Sequence record: OY720014
Direction: 5' to 3' (one strand)
Length of the DNA stretch: 64,000 bases
Source of the DNA: Escherichia phage vB_Eco_QOTSP
This document shows positions 1-11,346 of this stretch, piece by piece. The position numbers were made by a program, and so were the translations under genes. The notes beneath the pieces are model-generated. The model was not told the origin of the DNA, made no database searches, and saw nothing but the letters and a program-made list of their open reading frames with translations. Numbering within the stretch: position 1 is the first letter of the stretch; each line of letters opens with the position of its first letter.

Positions 1-879
1 GGCATTTATAAATTGATTAATGAATCTGCCGCCCAGGCATATGAATACGCAAGCACTGAAGTAACTCCAAAAGGATTAACTCAGGCTGAGTCTGATGTAA
101 TTGAAGATTATTGTGCAGATTCATATGTTGAAATGAACTCGTTCCTTTTAGGTAAACCTGATTCTACCCGTGAAGAATATATGGAACGAGCTATTAAACA
201 CATCGAGACGTTGGATTCTGCATTTGCTAAAGGTTCAGTTCTTCCTCCAGGAACTACTCTTTATCGTGGGCAAGAAGTTACCTTTAAAACTTTGCGTCAT
301 AACATTGAAAATAAAATGTTCTATTTCAAGAACTTCGTATCCACATCGCTTAAACCAAATATCTTCGGTGAGCATGGTAAAAACTATATGGCTCTAGATG
401 ATTCCGGCGCAGTATTTTCTGGTGAAGGAGAAGGTTCCGTTGATGCAGAAGATTTGATGCATATGGGTAGTCATTCTACATATGCTAATGAAGATGCTGA
501 AACTAGCGTGGGTATGGTAATTAAAGGAGCTGAGCGAATAAAAGTTATCGTTCCAGGTCATTTATCAGGATTTCCATCAGAAGCTGAAGTTATTCTACCA
601 CGTGGAATTTTACTGAAGATTAATAAAGTGAGCACGTACATGATGAAAGAAACTGCTTATAATAAGTATCTAATCGAAGGCACAATCGTTCCTCCTTCTG
701 AGCAATTAGAAGAATCAGTATATGATGGCGATCATTTGATGGAAACTGGTGAAGTTCGCCCAATGGCTGGATTTAATCAATTCCTTGTAGAAGAATCAAA
801 AGAAGAGGAAAACGAAGTTTCTCAAATCTTGGCTTCTTTGGTTAACATCAACGGAATGTCTAAAAAGTTCAAAATGTAG
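1..879 (+). CDS. alt: Alt ADP-ribosyltransferase, C-terminal part (gene starts upstream of window)
   Basis: Open frame from window edge; R-S-E ART motifs visible (LYRGQ, FVSTSL, SEAEVIL); position next to gene 54 as in T4. Confidence 0.8.
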   Translation, partial: GIYKLINESAAQAYEYASTEVTPKGLTQAESDVIEDYCADSYVEMNSFLLGKPDSTREEYMERAIKHIETLDSAFAKGSVLPPGTTLYRGQEVTFKTLRHNIENKMFYFKNFVSTSLKPNIFGEHGKNYMALDDSGAVFSGEGEGSVDAEDLMHMGSHSTYANEDAETSVGMVIKGAERIKVIVPGHLSGFPSEAEVILPRGILLKINKVSTYMMKETAYNKYLIEGTIVPPSEQLEESVYDGDHLMETGEVRPMAGFNQFLVEESKEEENEVSQILASLVNINGMSKKFKM

Positions 880-939
880 TTTACAAGTCCCTCGTGTTGT
901 GTTATAGTAGTCTTACTGACATAACATGAGGAACACAAA

Positions 940-1230
940 ATGAAATCTTCTTTGCGCTTTTTAGGTCAAGAACTTGTAGTTGAAGGCGTTATTCCTGCTG
1001 ATAATGCTTTTAATGAAGCAGTTTACGATGAATTTATCAAAATTTTTGGAACAGATAAAAAGTTCGGAATTTTTCCTTCTGAAAATTTTTCAAAGCCAGA
1101 ACAGACTGAAAGTATTTTCCAAGGTGTAGTAACAGGTAAATTTGAGTCAGAAGCTCCGGTAAAAATTGAGGTTTATATTGAAGACAGTTTAGTTGCTTCA
1201 GTTGCTGCTTTTATTTCATTCCGTAAATAA
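940..1230 (+). CDS. hypothetical protein (96 aa), alt-adjacent small ORF
   Basis: ORF with GAGG RBS; followed by bidirectional hairpin terminator. Confidence 0.6.
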   Translation: MKSSLRFLGQELVVEGVIPADNAFNEAVYDEFIKIFGTDKKFGIFPSENFSKPEQTESIFQGVVTGKFESEAPVKIEVYIEDSLVASVAAFISFRK

Positions 1231-1236
1231 AAATAT

Positions 1237-1254
1237 GGGGACCGAAAGGTCCCC
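1237..1254. terminator. bidirectional hairpin GGGGACC-GAAA-GGTCCCC between convergent ORF 940 and gene 54
   Basis: Perfect 7-bp stem, GAAA loop, between convergent stops. Confidence 0.6.
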
Positions 1255-1258
1255 ATTG

Positions 1259-2224
1259 TTATATTGCTCCTAATATTTTACTTTGCGAATTGACAATTCC
1301 TGTCATAGTATTAATGTTTGAAATGCTTCCTGCAGTTCCCCCTAATCTACTGAGTCGTGAAAGCGAATTAGATAGTCCAGTAACACCTCCACTATTTCCG
1401 AGAACGCTTTGAATACCATTTATAGCAGTAGATTCAAGCCATTCAAGCGCAGCTTGCCTATCAACTGCTCCAGCCTGCATCACTCTATACGCAAAAGTAA
1501 CGTCAAATGTAGTTATTTGGTTATCTCCATCATATGATAACTCAGGAGCGCTCACTGACACTGGAATGCATCCAGTGAACATCACCGCAGTATGAGGCAA
1601 TCCATTACGAGAATGAAGATTAACCTGAATATCTGCCTCGACATCCTGTGGCAAAGCGCGTAATCCAGTTACTGGGTCTTGAACGGAGTTAACCCAGTCT
1701 TGCATTGCACGATAGTTACAAGCTTCTGAATCCATTCTAAATGAAATAACCAAAGGGTCTAATTCTCTCCCAGTTATACGAATATTAGGAGAATTATAGT
1801 TCCAGTCAGTTTCATAGGATAATCTATTCTCTGGCATTTTTACAGAGTATATCATCAATCCAGATGAGTTATATGCCATGTTAAAGAAGTCAATTAAATA
1901 TGTACCAACTGTAAATGAGCCTAATAAACTTTGAACTGTACGTTGACTCATGGCACCAATAAGATATTTACTAACCCCTGATTTTCTTATCAGTTTTTGT
2001 GTGCCAGCAGTAATTAGCGTGGTAATTCCCTGATTAATATCACCTTGAGTCAATCCTAACCAATCTGAATTTAGGCCCAAGTTATTATAAGAAAAGTTGC
2101 TAATTGAACTTATCAACGAAGAGCTTTTAGTTGATGGAGTTGTCGCAAAAACGCAGCTAAACATATTATTACGTTGGAAATCTGCGTTTATTGCTTGATT
2201 ATTAAATTCCTCTAAAGAATACAT
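1259..2224 (-). CDS. 54: baseplate-tail tube junction protein gp54
   Basis: 321 aa; T4 synteny 48-54-alt; length matches T4 gp54. Confidence 0.85.
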   Translation of the reverse strand: MYSLEEFNNQAINADFQRNNMFSCVFATTPSTKSSSLISSISNFSYNNLGLNSDWLGLTQGDINQGITTLITAGTQKLIRKSGVSKYLIGAMSQRTVQSLLGSFTVGTYLIDFFNMAYNSSGLMIYSVKMPENRLSYETDWNYNSPNIRITGRELDPLVISFRMDSEACNYRAMQDWVNSVQDPVTGLRALPQDVEADIQVNLHSRNGLPHTAVMFTGCIPVSVSAPELSYDGDNQITTFDVTFAYRVMQAGAVDRQAALEWLESTAINGIQSVLGNSGGVTGLSNSLSRLSRLGGTAGSISNINTMTGIVNSQSKILGAI

Positions 2225-3318
2225 TAAAAAGTCCCCGCATATAAAGAAGCACGGTTTAACGTGATAATTTCTCTCATAGTAATCTCAAGAGTAAATGTAC
2301 TAGGGAGGTTTGGAGCAATAGCTAATCCGTTAAAGTTACCATTAGGTGTTTTATCAAATCTGATGCTTTGTATTTGGCATGGGCCAAATATTTCCGTTTT
2401 TCCATCAAACTTAGATGTTGCACCAAAGTTTTTCACCATCCAAATTGTCGGGTTTGAAACTACTAGAACGTTAGTTAAACTCGATGTCATTTTCTCAAAT
2501 AGTGTTTTATTTTTAGCTGCGTCTTCCGGAGATAAAGGTTCAATTAACGTAGAACGATACCAATCATCTAAATACCCCTTTATTTCAGCAGCATATTGAG
2601 ATTTACCAGTTTCACCATAAGAAAAATAGTTAAAATATTGATAGATATTAATAATAGCCATTAAATCTTCTGTTGAACGTGGAGTCAAATCCCAAGTAAA
2701 CACTTTAGTTCTATTTTCAGCACCACCATACATACTTCGAGCCGTAGTGTATATTTGTTCATTATTATCAGCCATTATACCTTGTGTTATACTTTCCAGT
2801 GCTCCAAATACTGCAGTTGAAGCAATATTACTTAGCACACCAGTAGCAGTACCTCCGCCTCTGCTGATAAGACTTTCTTGAACATCATTAAATCTATGTG
2901 ATGATGTATCAACATCGGATTTAGATCTTGGTAAAAGAATATTTGCAACAGGGGCTTTACTTATTGTTCCTGAATTATTATCTGATATTAATCCATTTGA
3001 CAGTTTTGATACTGTATTACTGATAGTGTTTCTGGCTGTACGTAAAATACTCGAAGATGAAGAAGAGTAGTTAGATCTCATCGATCTAAGACTTCCAGAA
3101 TCCCTAGATGACATATTGTATGCAGTAAATAATAATCCATTCTTATATAGATCTGTTACCTGGAAGTCCCCTGTAGTGTCATTACCACTAGCACGCCCAG
3201 TTGGAAACTGGGCTGTGTATGTTTTAGTTCCTACTTCTGATTTAGTACTCTGTCCGGCTGAAATTTTCTCACCGGACTTTTTAATTAAATCAGCAGTTAT
3301 TTCTTTAACAATTGCCAT
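2224..3318 (-). CDS. 48: baseplate-tail tube junction protein gp48
   Basis: 364 aa, same length and position as T4 gp48. Confidence 0.85.
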   Translation of the reverse strand: MAIVKEITADLIKKSGEKISAGQSTKSEVGTKTYTAQFPTGRASGNDTTGDFQVTDLYKNGLLFTAYNMSSRDSGSLRSMRSNYSSSSSSILRTARNTISNTVSKLSNGLISDNNSGTISKAPVANILLPRSKSDVDTSSHRFNDVQESLISRGGGTATGVLSNIASTAVFGALESITQGIMADNNEQIYTTARSMYGGAENRTKVFTWDLTPRSTEDLMAIINIYQYFNYFSYGETGKSQYAAEIKGYLDDWYRSTLIEPLSPEDAAKNKTLFEKMTSSLTNVLVVSNPTIWMVKNFGATSKFDGKTEIFGPCQIQSIRFDKTPNGNFNGLAIAPNLPSTFTLEITMREIITLNRASLYAGTF

Positions 3319-3326
3319 ATTATTCC

Positions 3327-5099
3327 TTAATTAACCCCAGTCGCATCAAATACACCAGGAGCAGTTGTGCTTGTGACAGGTGTCATATTATGAACGACAG
3401 TATTTTTCTTAATAACATTATTAGTATTGTTGATTGAAGGAGATGCTTGTTGAACAGGAGCTTGCTGTGCTTTGTTCTTTTCTATTACCTGGACTTGTTT
3501 TGCTTCTGGCGATTTAGCAGAAGTTTCAGGTTTGGCATTAGGCTGATTTTTCTTGAGCTCTTGATAAGTAGCATCAATTTTAGAAAATCTAGCAGCAAGT
3601 TCTTTTTTAACTGCCGGTGAATTATTTAAATCCGGGTCATCCATCCGTTTTTTAAGGTCTTCATAGGCAGATTCAACAGATTTAACCGTTGAGTCTTTAC
3701 TCATATCAGCTGAATCAGCATATTTTTCAAAGCGAATCATTGCGGCACGGGCTTCATTAGCCTTCATTAAAGCATTTTTTCTTTCTTCAGGTGAAAGTTG
3801 CTTTAATTTTTCTTCTTCTGCTGCACGTTCTTCGTCGGTAGTTAGTGCTTCTTTATTATCAACCCCACGAATCCAATTAGATGCACGAGTTTTCCAATTA
3901 GCAATTTTATCTAATCCTTTTGCTATCGGACCAAGGTCTCCGTTCATTCGTTTATCTTGATAATTTGCAACTTTTTCCTGGTCTTCTTTATTGAGAGATG
4001 CTCCAGTAGAATTTTGGAAATTTTCTAATGCTCTTCCTTCTACTTCATCAGCAGTGTCTTTCATGCCAGGAATGACTCGAAGAATTGCAGCAGATAATTT
4101 AGCCATACCTAATTGAATAAGTTCTCCTAAATTATAAAGAACCTTTCCAAGCCCTTCAACAATAGCTACTGTCAATCCACCCCAATCTCCCGCTTCCCAG
4201 AACTTTTTAATTTCATCAATAGAACTAAAGATGCTCTGTAATAAAGGACCCCAAGTTCCGGTTTCGCTAGAGAATTTAGTAAAGTCAGTATTAAATAAAT
4301 CCCAGGCTTTTGAAAATTTATCTGACCAGTATTTAAAATGAACCATCAACAGGTCTATTCCAACAACAACAGCCAATATCATTGCAGTCATTTTAGCAGC
4401 TTCAATAGCAGCACTGACGGTGTACTTAAATAGCATGCTTGATATTTTATCAGTAATTGAAATGGATTTTTTAAATCCAAAATCAACAGTCTTCGTTAAT
4501 TTATCTAAAGCTTGAGATAATTTTAAGTTAAATGCTTCTTTTTTCTGTTTTTCTTCTGGCGATTCTTGTTTGGGTTCAACTGGCTGAGGGGTAGGGAAAA
4601 AATCAGCGTCAGGATCATTATTAACTGCTTCAGGGGCCGGTAATAAAGGACCCACAGATTCAGCAGTATCATCCTCAACGACTTTAACAGGAATAGCGCT
4701 TTCAACTGTGGCTAAACTAGTTCCAGTCTGTTGAATTCCAGCTGTCTGGATTTTTTGCTCTAGTAAACTTGTTAATTTATCTAATTTGCTCCCGAGTGAT
4801 TCACCGATTTCTTTATTAATATTGTTGCCAATTTCGACAGTTTCAGCAATTAACTCAGAACCGGCAGTAGTATCACTCACTGCTCTTTCTACGTTGTCAA
4901 TTGCTCCAATTATTTCATTCGATTTTTCTTCGACAGTTTGAGCAATTAACTCAGAAGCAGCTTGAGCATCATCCAATTTCGTAGATATATCGTTAAGTCC
5001 AGATAAAGTGTTGGAAGCGGATTTAGCCGCTTCCTGTGTTGGTTTATTATCTGAAATAACTTTTCTACGCATCGTTTGCATTTCTTGTGGCTTTTTCAT
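3327..5099 (-). CDS. 29: tail tape measure protein gp29
   Basis: 590 aa, position between 28 and 48; low-complexity extended protein. Confidence 0.85.
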   Translation of the reverse strand: MKKPQEMQTMRRKVISDNKPTQEAAKSASNTLSGLNDISTKLDDAQAASELIAQTVEEKSNEIIGAIDNVERAVSDTTAGSELIAETVEIGNNINKEIGESLGSKLDKLTSLLEQKIQTAGIQQTGTSLATVESAIPVKVVEDDTAESVGPLLPAPEAVNNDPDADFFPTPQPVEPKQESPEEKQKKEAFNLKLSQALDKLTKTVDFGFKKSISITDKISSMLFKYTVSAAIEAAKMTAMILAVVVGIDLLMVHFKYWSDKFSKAWDLFNTDFTKFSSETGTWGPLLQSIFSSIDEIKKFWEAGDWGGLTVAIVEGLGKVLYNLGELIQLGMAKLSAAILRVIPGMKDTADEVEGRALENFQNSTGASLNKEDQEKVANYQDKRMNGDLGPIAKGLDKIANWKTRASNWIRGVDNKEALTTDEERAAEEEKLKQLSPEERKNALMKANEARAAMIRFEKYADSADMSKDSTVKSVESAYEDLKKRMDDPDLNNSPAVKKELAARFSKIDATYQELKKNQPNAKPETSAKSPEAKQVQVIEKNKAQQAPVQQASPSINNTNNVIKKNTVVHNMTPVTSTTAPGVFDATGVN

Positions 5100-5629
5100 T
5101 CAAATAATCCAATAATATTACCAATTCCAGTTATTGGACCATTAGGGCCAGGAATTGCTAAAGTTGTAAAAATATCATTTGCCCATTTTAAAACGAATGC
5201 TGGCATCTCAAGAAAATTAATTTCTTTAACTTCATCATTGACCTTAAGCAAGCATTTGGATAACATATCGCTCACCGTTAAAAATTGTTCAAATTTTCCA
5301 GGAGGTCTAAAATAAAATGTATTTCCTTGGTATTGAAATTCTAATCTTTGGCATACATAAACATCATTAATGTCATAAGTATAACCATCTATTTCTTTAC
5401 GAGATTTAATCTTTCCATTAAATTCCAATAAATGAATGGAAACGAAATCAACTTCTGCTGGTGATAAATTCGGGCAAATAGAATCAATAAGAAGTTTTAA
5501 ATTTTCATCAGGACCTTTAACATCTTTTAAAATGTTATAATGTTTAAGACCCATTTTAGGAATAGAAACTTCTTTATTGCTTATTGGAAGAACTACTTTC
5601 TTCAGTGGTAGTATCAGATTTAAATTCAT
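5096..5629 (-). CDS. 28: baseplate hub distal subunit gp28
   Basis: 177 aa ORF overlapping 3' end of gene 27 as in T4; start not verified. Confidence 0.75.
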   Translation of the reverse strand: MNLNLILPLKKVVLPISNKEVSIPKMGLKHYNILKDVKGPDENLKLLIDSICPNLSPAEVDFVSIHLLEFNGKIKSRKEIDGYTYDINDVYVCQRLEFQYQGNTFYFRPPGKFEQFLTVSDMLSKCLLKVNDEVKEINFLEMPAFVLKWANDIFTTLAIPGPNGPITGIGNIIGLFE

Positions 5630-6749
5630 TTTTAACCTTAACTGGGTCTATTGTTTCCAGTTTCGTTGCATTAGTGAACATATATAGATGAGTTACTGAA
5701 TTATTATTGGATAATTCATGGATGACTTCATCAACGTAAAATTCTGTTTTAAATTGGTTTTTACTATCATTAAAAATAATTTTAACTCCAGGAGTCAAGT
5801 TAAAATTACCGACAGTAGAACATTTAGCGTAACCATCATACTGCGCCATAGTCTGAAGACGAATAGCTTCTTCATAGCCATTCCTATAAGTCATTTCAGA
5901 ATAAGCACCTGACCTTGACACTACAATAGAGTTTTCACCCTTTCCTGTAGTAATCATTGGCAATGAAGAATCCAAAAACGAATGCGCATAGATAGTAGCG
6001 TTTTTCATTGGGTCACGTTTGTGAGGATTCGATTTAGTCAACCAAACGAAATCATATGCTAATGGATATTTCAATTCTTGGACGAATTGACCTATTAAAG
6101 ATGGCTCACCGACAATCATTGGATATGGTTCTTGATTTATCATCATATCATAGTCCATCATGTTAACTCCCATGATGTCTTGCCACACAAATACAAATTT
6201 GTCACTTCCTACCGCTAGAGCAACTTCTCTTACATATGACAAATAGTTTTCAAATGTGCTAGTCCATGGAATATCAGGAACATAAGCATTTATAGCATTT
6301 ATTGCTGGAGTTAATAATGTGCGATCTTGATAAATGACACCAAGCATTTCTTTTATAGATTCACCTGCATCAGGGAAAAATGGTCTACCAAATTTAAGAT
6401 TTTCTATAGAATGAATAGTTCCCAATTCAATAGCAATGATGTTATCACCTTTTGAATCTACTGACACAGAAAAATGCTTGCATCCATAAATTCGTGTTTT
6501 AACATTATTAATATCGTTTGCATTAGCTACAGAAATCTGAATTATTTCATTTCCATCCATTTTTGTGTGGATATTTTTAGAATCATAAAACTGCAGCATT
6601 CCTTCATTTCGTCCATAAAGAGAATCCCGCATAGTTAATGTGGTAATAGTAGCAGCTAATTCAACAAATCTATTATTACTCCAAGCGTCGTAGCTATCAA
6701 ATAATTTAACGCTGAGATTTGGATATCCGGGGCGTTGCAACATACTCAT
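5574..6749 (-). CDS. 27: baseplate hub subunit gp27
   Basis: 391 aa, T4 synteny and length. Confidence 0.85.
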   Translation of the reverse strand: MSMLQRPGYPNLSVKLFDSYDAWSNNRFVELAATITTLTMRDSLYGRNEGMLQFYDSKNIHTKMDGNEIIQISVANANDINNVKTRIYGCKHFSVSVDSKGDNIIAIELGTIHSIENLKFGRPFFPDAGESIKEMLGVIYQDRTLLTPAINAINAYVPDIPWTSTFENYLSYVREVALAVGSDKFVFVWQDIMGVNMMDYDMMINQEPYPMIVGEPSLIGQFVQELKYPLAYDFVWLTKSNPHKRDPMKNATIYAHSFLDSSLPMITTGKGENSIVVSRSGAYSEMTYRNGYEEAIRLQTMAQYDGYAKCSTVGNFNLTPGVKIIFNDSKNQFKTEFYVDEVIHELSNNNSVTHLYMFTNATKLETIDPVKVKNEFKSDTTTEESSSSNKQ

Positions 6750-7498
6750 TATTGTTTATCCTTCTCAATCAGTTTTAATACGAATCCGCGCTCGGCAGGA
6801 ATCATTTTCATTATTGAATTTAAGCTATAATTACTTTTTACGAGTGCGTGATTAATTTGATAAAAAGTAAATATTTCATCTGGGTTAACTAATAGCTTAA
6901 ACACATCTACTATATCAGTGTATTTTTTAATGTACTTATTACAGCATGACATATGTAGAGTTAAATTAATAGGATTCATTGCATCGAGAATTTTTTCTAA
7001 TGTTTCTATCTCGATGGCATCAACAAGTTCTATTTGGCTTGATTCACTAATTTCCTTCCAATCATACCATATTTCATCTACTTGAACAGAATGAATATTT
7101 TCAGTAATCATCTTTGCTTTATTTTCATAAAACTCAGAAGGAAACTTTAATTTAATTTTAACATTAGCTACATCAAAAACAGGTTCCTTTAATTCTTTTT
7201 GATATATTTCAAATGGAACTGTCTTTTCTTTTTTACATTTTGGACATACAAATGTGACGGGTACTTTAGTTTTACCTATTGAACCTACAAATACCTGCAA
7301 AAATATAAATGGTTGCCAAGTCTTCGGATAGTCTCCAAAATAATCATCAATTAAATCAGTAATTATTTCTTTTTGTTCTTGTGGTGACCGATGTTCTATA
7401 TCGTTTCGAACTAACAAAAAATCTCGATAATCTTCTACCGTAAATGGTTTAAAACGATGAACACCATCTGGTAATTTACAACGAATAATGTTTGCCAT
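6749..7498 (-). CDS. 51: baseplate hub assembly catalyst gp51
   Basis: 249 aa, divergent from gene 26, CxxC pairs. Confidence 0.85.
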   Translation of the reverse strand: MANIIRCKLPDGVHRFKPFTVEDYRDFLLVRNDIEHRSPQEQKEIITDLIDDYFGDYPKTWQPFIFLQVFVGSIGKTKVPVTFVCPKCKKEKTVPFEIYQKELKEPVFDVANVKIKLKFPSEFYENKAKMITENIHSVQVDEIWYDWKEISESSQIELVDAIEIETLEKILDAMNPINLTLHMSCCNKYIKKYTDIVDVFKLLVNPDEIFTFYQINHALVKSNYSLNSIMKMIPAERGFVLKLIEKDKQ

Positions 7499-7515
7499 AG
7501 ATGCTCCTTTTATTC

Positions 7516-7527
7516 TATTTATAAATA
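7516..7527. promoter_or_regulatory. overlapping divergent T4-type late promoters (TATAAATA on both strands) for genes 51 and 26
   Basis: Sequence TATTTATAAATA contains TATAAATA in both orientations, 20-25 bp from each start codon. Confidence 0.7.
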
Positions 7528-7548
7528 TGATAAATAAAGGAGCTAAAT

Positions 7549-8175
7549 ATGTATGAATATAAATTTGATGTGAGAGTTGGTTCTAAAATAATCAATTGTC
7601 GCGCATTCACGCTTAAAGAATATCTAGAACTTATTACTGCCAAAAATAATGGTTCCGTAGAAGTAATTGTTAAAAAGCTAATCAAAGACTGCACAAATGC
7701 AAAAGATTTAAACCGCCAAGAATCAGAACTATTGTTGATTCATTTATGGGCACATTCTCTTGGTGAAGTTAATCATGAAAATTCCTGGAAGTGCACCTGT
7801 GGAACTGAAATACCAACCCATATAAATCTATTACATACACAAATAGATGCACCAGAAGACCTCTGGTATACACTGGGTGACATTAAAATTAAATTCCATT
7901 ACCCTAAAATTTTTGATGATAAAAATATAGCCCACATGATAGTATCATGTATAGAAACGATTCATGCTAACGGGGAAAGCATTCCAGTTGAAGACTTAAA
8001 TGAAAAAGAATTGGAAGATTTATATTCTATCATCACAGAGTCAGATATTGTAGCTATAAAAGATATGCTTTTAAAGCCTACTGTTTATTTGGCTGTTCCA
8101 ATTAAGTGTCCAGAGTGTGGAAAAACTCACGCTCATGTAATAAGAGGACTCAAAGAATTCTTTGAGCTATTGTAA
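7549..8175 (+). CDS. 26: baseplate hub subunit gp26
   Basis: 208 aa, T4 synteny. Confidence 0.85.
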   Translation: MYEYKFDVRVGSKIINCRAFTLKEYLELITAKNNGSVEVIVKKLIKDCTNAKDLNRQESELLLIHLWAHSLGEVNHENSWKCTCGTEIPTHINLLHTQIDAPEDLWYTLGDIKIKFHYPKIFDDKNIAHMIVSCIETIHANGESIPVEDLNEKELEDLYSIITESDIVAIKDMLLKPTVYLAVPIKCPECGKTHAHVIRGLKEFFELL

Positions 8176-8573
8176 TGGCAAATATTAATAAGCTTTATTC
8201 TGATATTGACCCAGAGATGAAAATGGATTGGAACAAAGACGTTTCAAGATCACTTGGATTAAGGTCAATTAAAAATAGTCTTTTAGGAATTATTACAACA
8301 AGAAAAGGTTCAAGACCGTTTGACCCTGAATTTGGATGCGATTTATCTGACCAACTTTTTGAGAATATGACTCCTCTTACTGCTGACACGGTTGAGCGTA
8401 ATATCGAAAGCGCAGTAAGAAACTATGAGCCACGTATTGATAAATTAGCAGTTAATGTAATACCGGTTTATGATGATTATACTTTGATAGTAGAAATACG
8501 CTTTTCAGTCATCGATAACCCTGATGATATTGAGCAGATAAAACTACAACTGGCTTCCAGTAATAGAGTATAA
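8175..8573 (+). CDS. 25: baseplate wedge / sheath initiator gp25
   Basis: 132 aa, start overlaps gp26 stop; T4 gp25 length. Confidence 0.85.
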   Translation: MANINKLYSDIDPEMKMDWNKDVSRSLGLRSIKNSLLGIITTRKGSRPFDPEFGCDLSDQLFENMTPLTADTVERNIESAVRNYEPRIDKLAVNVIPVYDDYTLIVEIRFSVIDNPDDIEQIKLQLASSNRV

Positions 8574-8639
8574 TGCTTCACGTATAAACGTGGTATAATG
8601 AATCTAAGTCCATCCAATAACAATTGAATAGAGAACAAT

Positions 8640-9053
8640 ATGAGATTAGAAGATCTTCAAGAAGAATTGAAGAAAGATGTGTTTATAGATTCGACTAAAT
8701 TACAGTATGAAGCAGCTAATAATGTGATGTTATATAGTAAATGGCTTAATAAGCATTCAAGTATTAAAAAGGAAATGCTTAGAATCGATGCACAGAAAAA
8801 AGTTGCTCTTAAAGCTAAATTAGACTACTACTCGGGACGAGGAGATGGTGATGAATTTAGTATGGATCGTTACGAGAAATCAGAAATGAAGACAGTTCTA
8901 TCAGCTGATAAGGATGTTTTAAAGGTTGATACCTCGTTACAGTATTGGGGGATTTTATTAGATTTCTGTAGCGGAGCTCTTGATGCTATCAAATCACGCG
9001 GATTTGCTATTAAGCATATTCAAGACATGCGAGCATTTGAGGCTGGAAAATAA
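8640..9053 (+). CDS. uvsY: UvsY recombination mediator
   Basis: 137 aa, sequence recognisable as T4 UvsY. Confidence 0.9.
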   Translation: MRLEDLQEELKKDVFIDSTKLQYEAANNVMLYSKWLNKHSSIKKEMLRIDAQKKVALKAKLDYYSGRGDGDEFSMDRYEKSEMKTVLSADKDVLKVDTSLQYWGILLDFCSGALDAIKSRGFAIKHIQDMRAFEAGK

Positions 9054-9277
9054 TGAGATATAGCATTGATGATGCTTTTAATTATGAAGAAGAATTCGAA
9101 ACGGAAATTCAATTCTTAATGAAAAAGTATAATCTTAAGCGTCAGGATATTCGTATCCTGGCCGACCACCCGTGTGGTGAAGATGTCCTTTATATTAAAG
9201 GAAAATTTGCCGGATATCTTGATGAATATTTTTATTCTAAAGATATGGGCATTGATATGCATATGAGAGTTGTATAA
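9053..9277 (+). CDS. hypothetical protein (uvsY.-1 position)
   Basis: 74 aa ORF translationally coupled to uvsY. Confidence 0.6.
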   Translation: MRYSIDDAFNYEEEFETEIQFLMKKYNLKRQDIRILADHPCGEDVLYIKGKFAGYLDEYFYSKDMGIDMHMRVV

Positions 9278-9306
9278 ATAGATATATAATTCAGAGGAGA
9301 CAATCA

Positions 9307-9474
9307 TGTCAGATAAGATTTGTGTTGTCTGTAAAACTCCAATCGATTCTGCATTGGTTGTTGAAACAGACAAAGGTCCTGTACATCCTGGGCCTTGCTA
9401 TAATTACATTAAAGAACTACCAGTTTCAGAAAGTTCGGAAGAACAATTAAATGAAACACAACTTTTGCTATAGT
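9307..9474 (+). CDS. hypothetical small protein (uvsY.-2 position), 55 aa
   Basis: ATG with GAGGAG RBS; not in ORF track because under 60 aa; followed by terminator. Confidence 0.5.
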
Positions 9475-9496
9475 GTGACCTTTAGTCTATAGTTTT

Positions 9497-9526
9497 GGCC
9501 CTTCCTTTTTGGTTGGGCCTTTTTTA
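9497..9526. terminator. hairpin GGCCC...GGGCC followed by T6, between convergent uvsY operon and uvsW.1
   Basis: Stem-loop plus T-run seen directly. Confidence 0.6.
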
Positions 9527-9528
9527 AT

Positions 9529-9771
9529 TTAAAAGCTTTCTTCTACTTCATCGTCTGAATCTTCTAATTCAGCTCTTTTTCCTGCCAAAGCATCTCTGAC
9601 TGAGATGTCATCAGTATCTTTTAATTCAGTTTCTTTAACTCTTTTCTTATAATAAGCTTCAAGTTCTTCTAAACCTTCTAATGTTTGACAAGAGGCAATT
9701 TTACCCATAAATTCATCAATAGAAGCTTCATAAAGAAATTGTTTAAATTCTAGTAACATCTTTTTCTCCAA
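9529..9771 (-). CDS. uvsW.1: UvsW.1 small acidic protein
   Basis: 80 aa ORF immediately downstream of uvsW. Confidence 0.7.
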   Translation of the reverse strand: MEKKMLLEFKQFLYEASIDEFMGKIASCQTLEGLEELEAYYKKRVKETELKDTDDISVRDALAGKRAELEDSDDEVEESF

Positions 9772-9784
9772 AGGGCCGAAGCCC

Positions 9785-11296
9785 TTATAAATTAACTGTT
9801 TTCATTACGTAATTAAATTTTTCATCTGCGTAGCGCTGAATACGATCAATGCCGTGTTTTAAAAGATAGTTCAAATGAACATATTTCTTTTTCGTATTAG
9901 CAGATTTTGGCTTAACGCCACAATCATCTATGAGGTCCCAGACGGTTGCTATTGTCTTAGAACCATGCTTACGTAATACACGACCGATTGTTTGTAATAC
10001 AATGATTTTTGATTTAACACCGTGCGCTAAAACAACGTGATGCAGATTTTTAACTGAAATACCAGTAGAAAATACACCATAACTAGCTACTATAATTATT
10101 CCTTTACCATTTTCAGCTAAGGTTTTCATTATATTGCGGGTTTCGGTATCAACTTCCCCTGATACGTAATAAACTTTATCGTATTCATTTTTAATTAAAT
10201 CGAAAATAGCTTTACCATGTGATACATGTTTAAACATGACAAAAGCGTTTTCATCTTTTTGCGCAAGCTTAATAGCTAATTTAGCGATCCATTTATTTCT
10301 TTTACTAAGCCCCGTAATAATTTTTATTTCTTCTTGATAAGTTTTTCCCTTTAATTTAGTAGTGAACTCATCGGGATAGCGAAGAAAAATACTATTAATT
10401 TTTAGCTCAGTTACTTGTCCATCTTCCATTAATTTAGAAGTCGTTACTGGTTTAAATATTTCACCAAACATTCCAACATACTGCATGATATTGGCTTTGC
10501 CATCACGTAATGAACCAGATAGACCAAATTTGAACATGCAGTTATTTAAACCTGATATGATAGATGAAATACTTTTTCCTGTAGCAAGATGGCATTCATC
10601 ATTCATCATCATTCCAAACTGTGAGAACCATTCTTTCGGTTGTTTTACTACAGTTTGCCATGTACCAACAACGACTGGTGCATCATTTTTATATTTATCA
10701 TCTTTTGATGCTCCGCCACCAATTTTCTTTATCATTGCATGACTGAATAGACGATAGTCGACGAAGTCATCAGCCATCTGAGTTGTCAGAGCAGTTGTTG
10801 GAACAATGATAAGAATTTTACCTTCATAATTTTCCAAATAATATCGCGCAAGCAAAGCTTGAATTAAAGATTTACCTGCAGATGTTGGAAGATTAAGAAT
10901 TCTACGACGATTAACTAATCCTTCGAACACTGCATCTTTTTGATACCAGTGTGGTTCAATTCTTTTATTTCCTGAATAGATTTCTAATTTAGAAAGCCAT
11001 TCATCAAAATCTTTTCTTGATAATTCTTCTTTTTCGTTAATTTGTGGGTCAATCCAGGCTTTATAGCCAAAGTTATCACAGAACTTTTTAATTTGCCCGA
11101 CTAAGCCGAATGGAAGAAGGCGATTATAATCTAAAAGACGGATTCGTCCATCCCAGTGGCCATATTTGTATTTCGGATTAAAACGATACCCATCAGCTTC
11201 AAAGCTAAAGAAATCACGGAGTTCATGAAATGTACTTTCTTCACAATCAATTCTCACGTGACTAAAATCATAAAAATGTACTTTAATGTCAGTCAT
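9785..11296 (-). CDS. uvsW: UvsW DNA/RNA helicase
   Basis: 503 aa; Walker A (TSAGKS) and DECH box. Confidence 0.9.
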   Translation of the reverse strand: MTDIKVHFYDFSHVRIDCEESTFHELRDFFSFEADGYRFNPKYKYGHWDGRIRLLDYNRLLPFGLVGQIKKFCDNFGYKAWIDPQINEKEELSRKDFDEWLSKLEIYSGNKRIEPHWYQKDAVFEGLVNRRRILNLPTSAGKSLIQALLARYYLENYEGKILIIVPTTALTTQMADDFVDYRLFSHAMIKKIGGGASKDDKYKNDAPVVVGTWQTVVKQPKEWFSQFGMMMNDECHLATGKSISSIISGLNNCMFKFGLSGSLRDGKANIMQYVGMFGEIFKPVTTSKLMEDGQVTELKINSIFLRYPDEFTTKLKGKTYQEEIKIITGLSKRNKWIAKLAIKLAQKDENAFVMFKHVSHGKAIFDLIKNEYDKVYYVSGEVDTETRNIMKTLAENGKGIIIVASYGVFSTGISVKNLHHVVLAHGVKSKIIVLQTIGRVLRKHGSKTIATVWDLIDDCGVKPKSANTKKKYVHLNYLLKHGIDRIQRYADEKFNYVMKTVNL

Positions 11297-11346
11297 GTCT
11301 AAATACCATGTAATAAATATATCTATATTTATACTGAGGAAATATT

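Noticed and set aside
170-397. Short ORFs from the six-frame track lying inside or antisense to long well-supported genes (for example 170..397, 2261..2599, 4523..4705, 10485..10742, 17417..17815, 18324..18668, 19900..20229, 37714..38073)
   Set aside because: Embedded in or opposite strongly supported T4-like genes; no RBS or promoter; low-complexity translations typical of antisense frames
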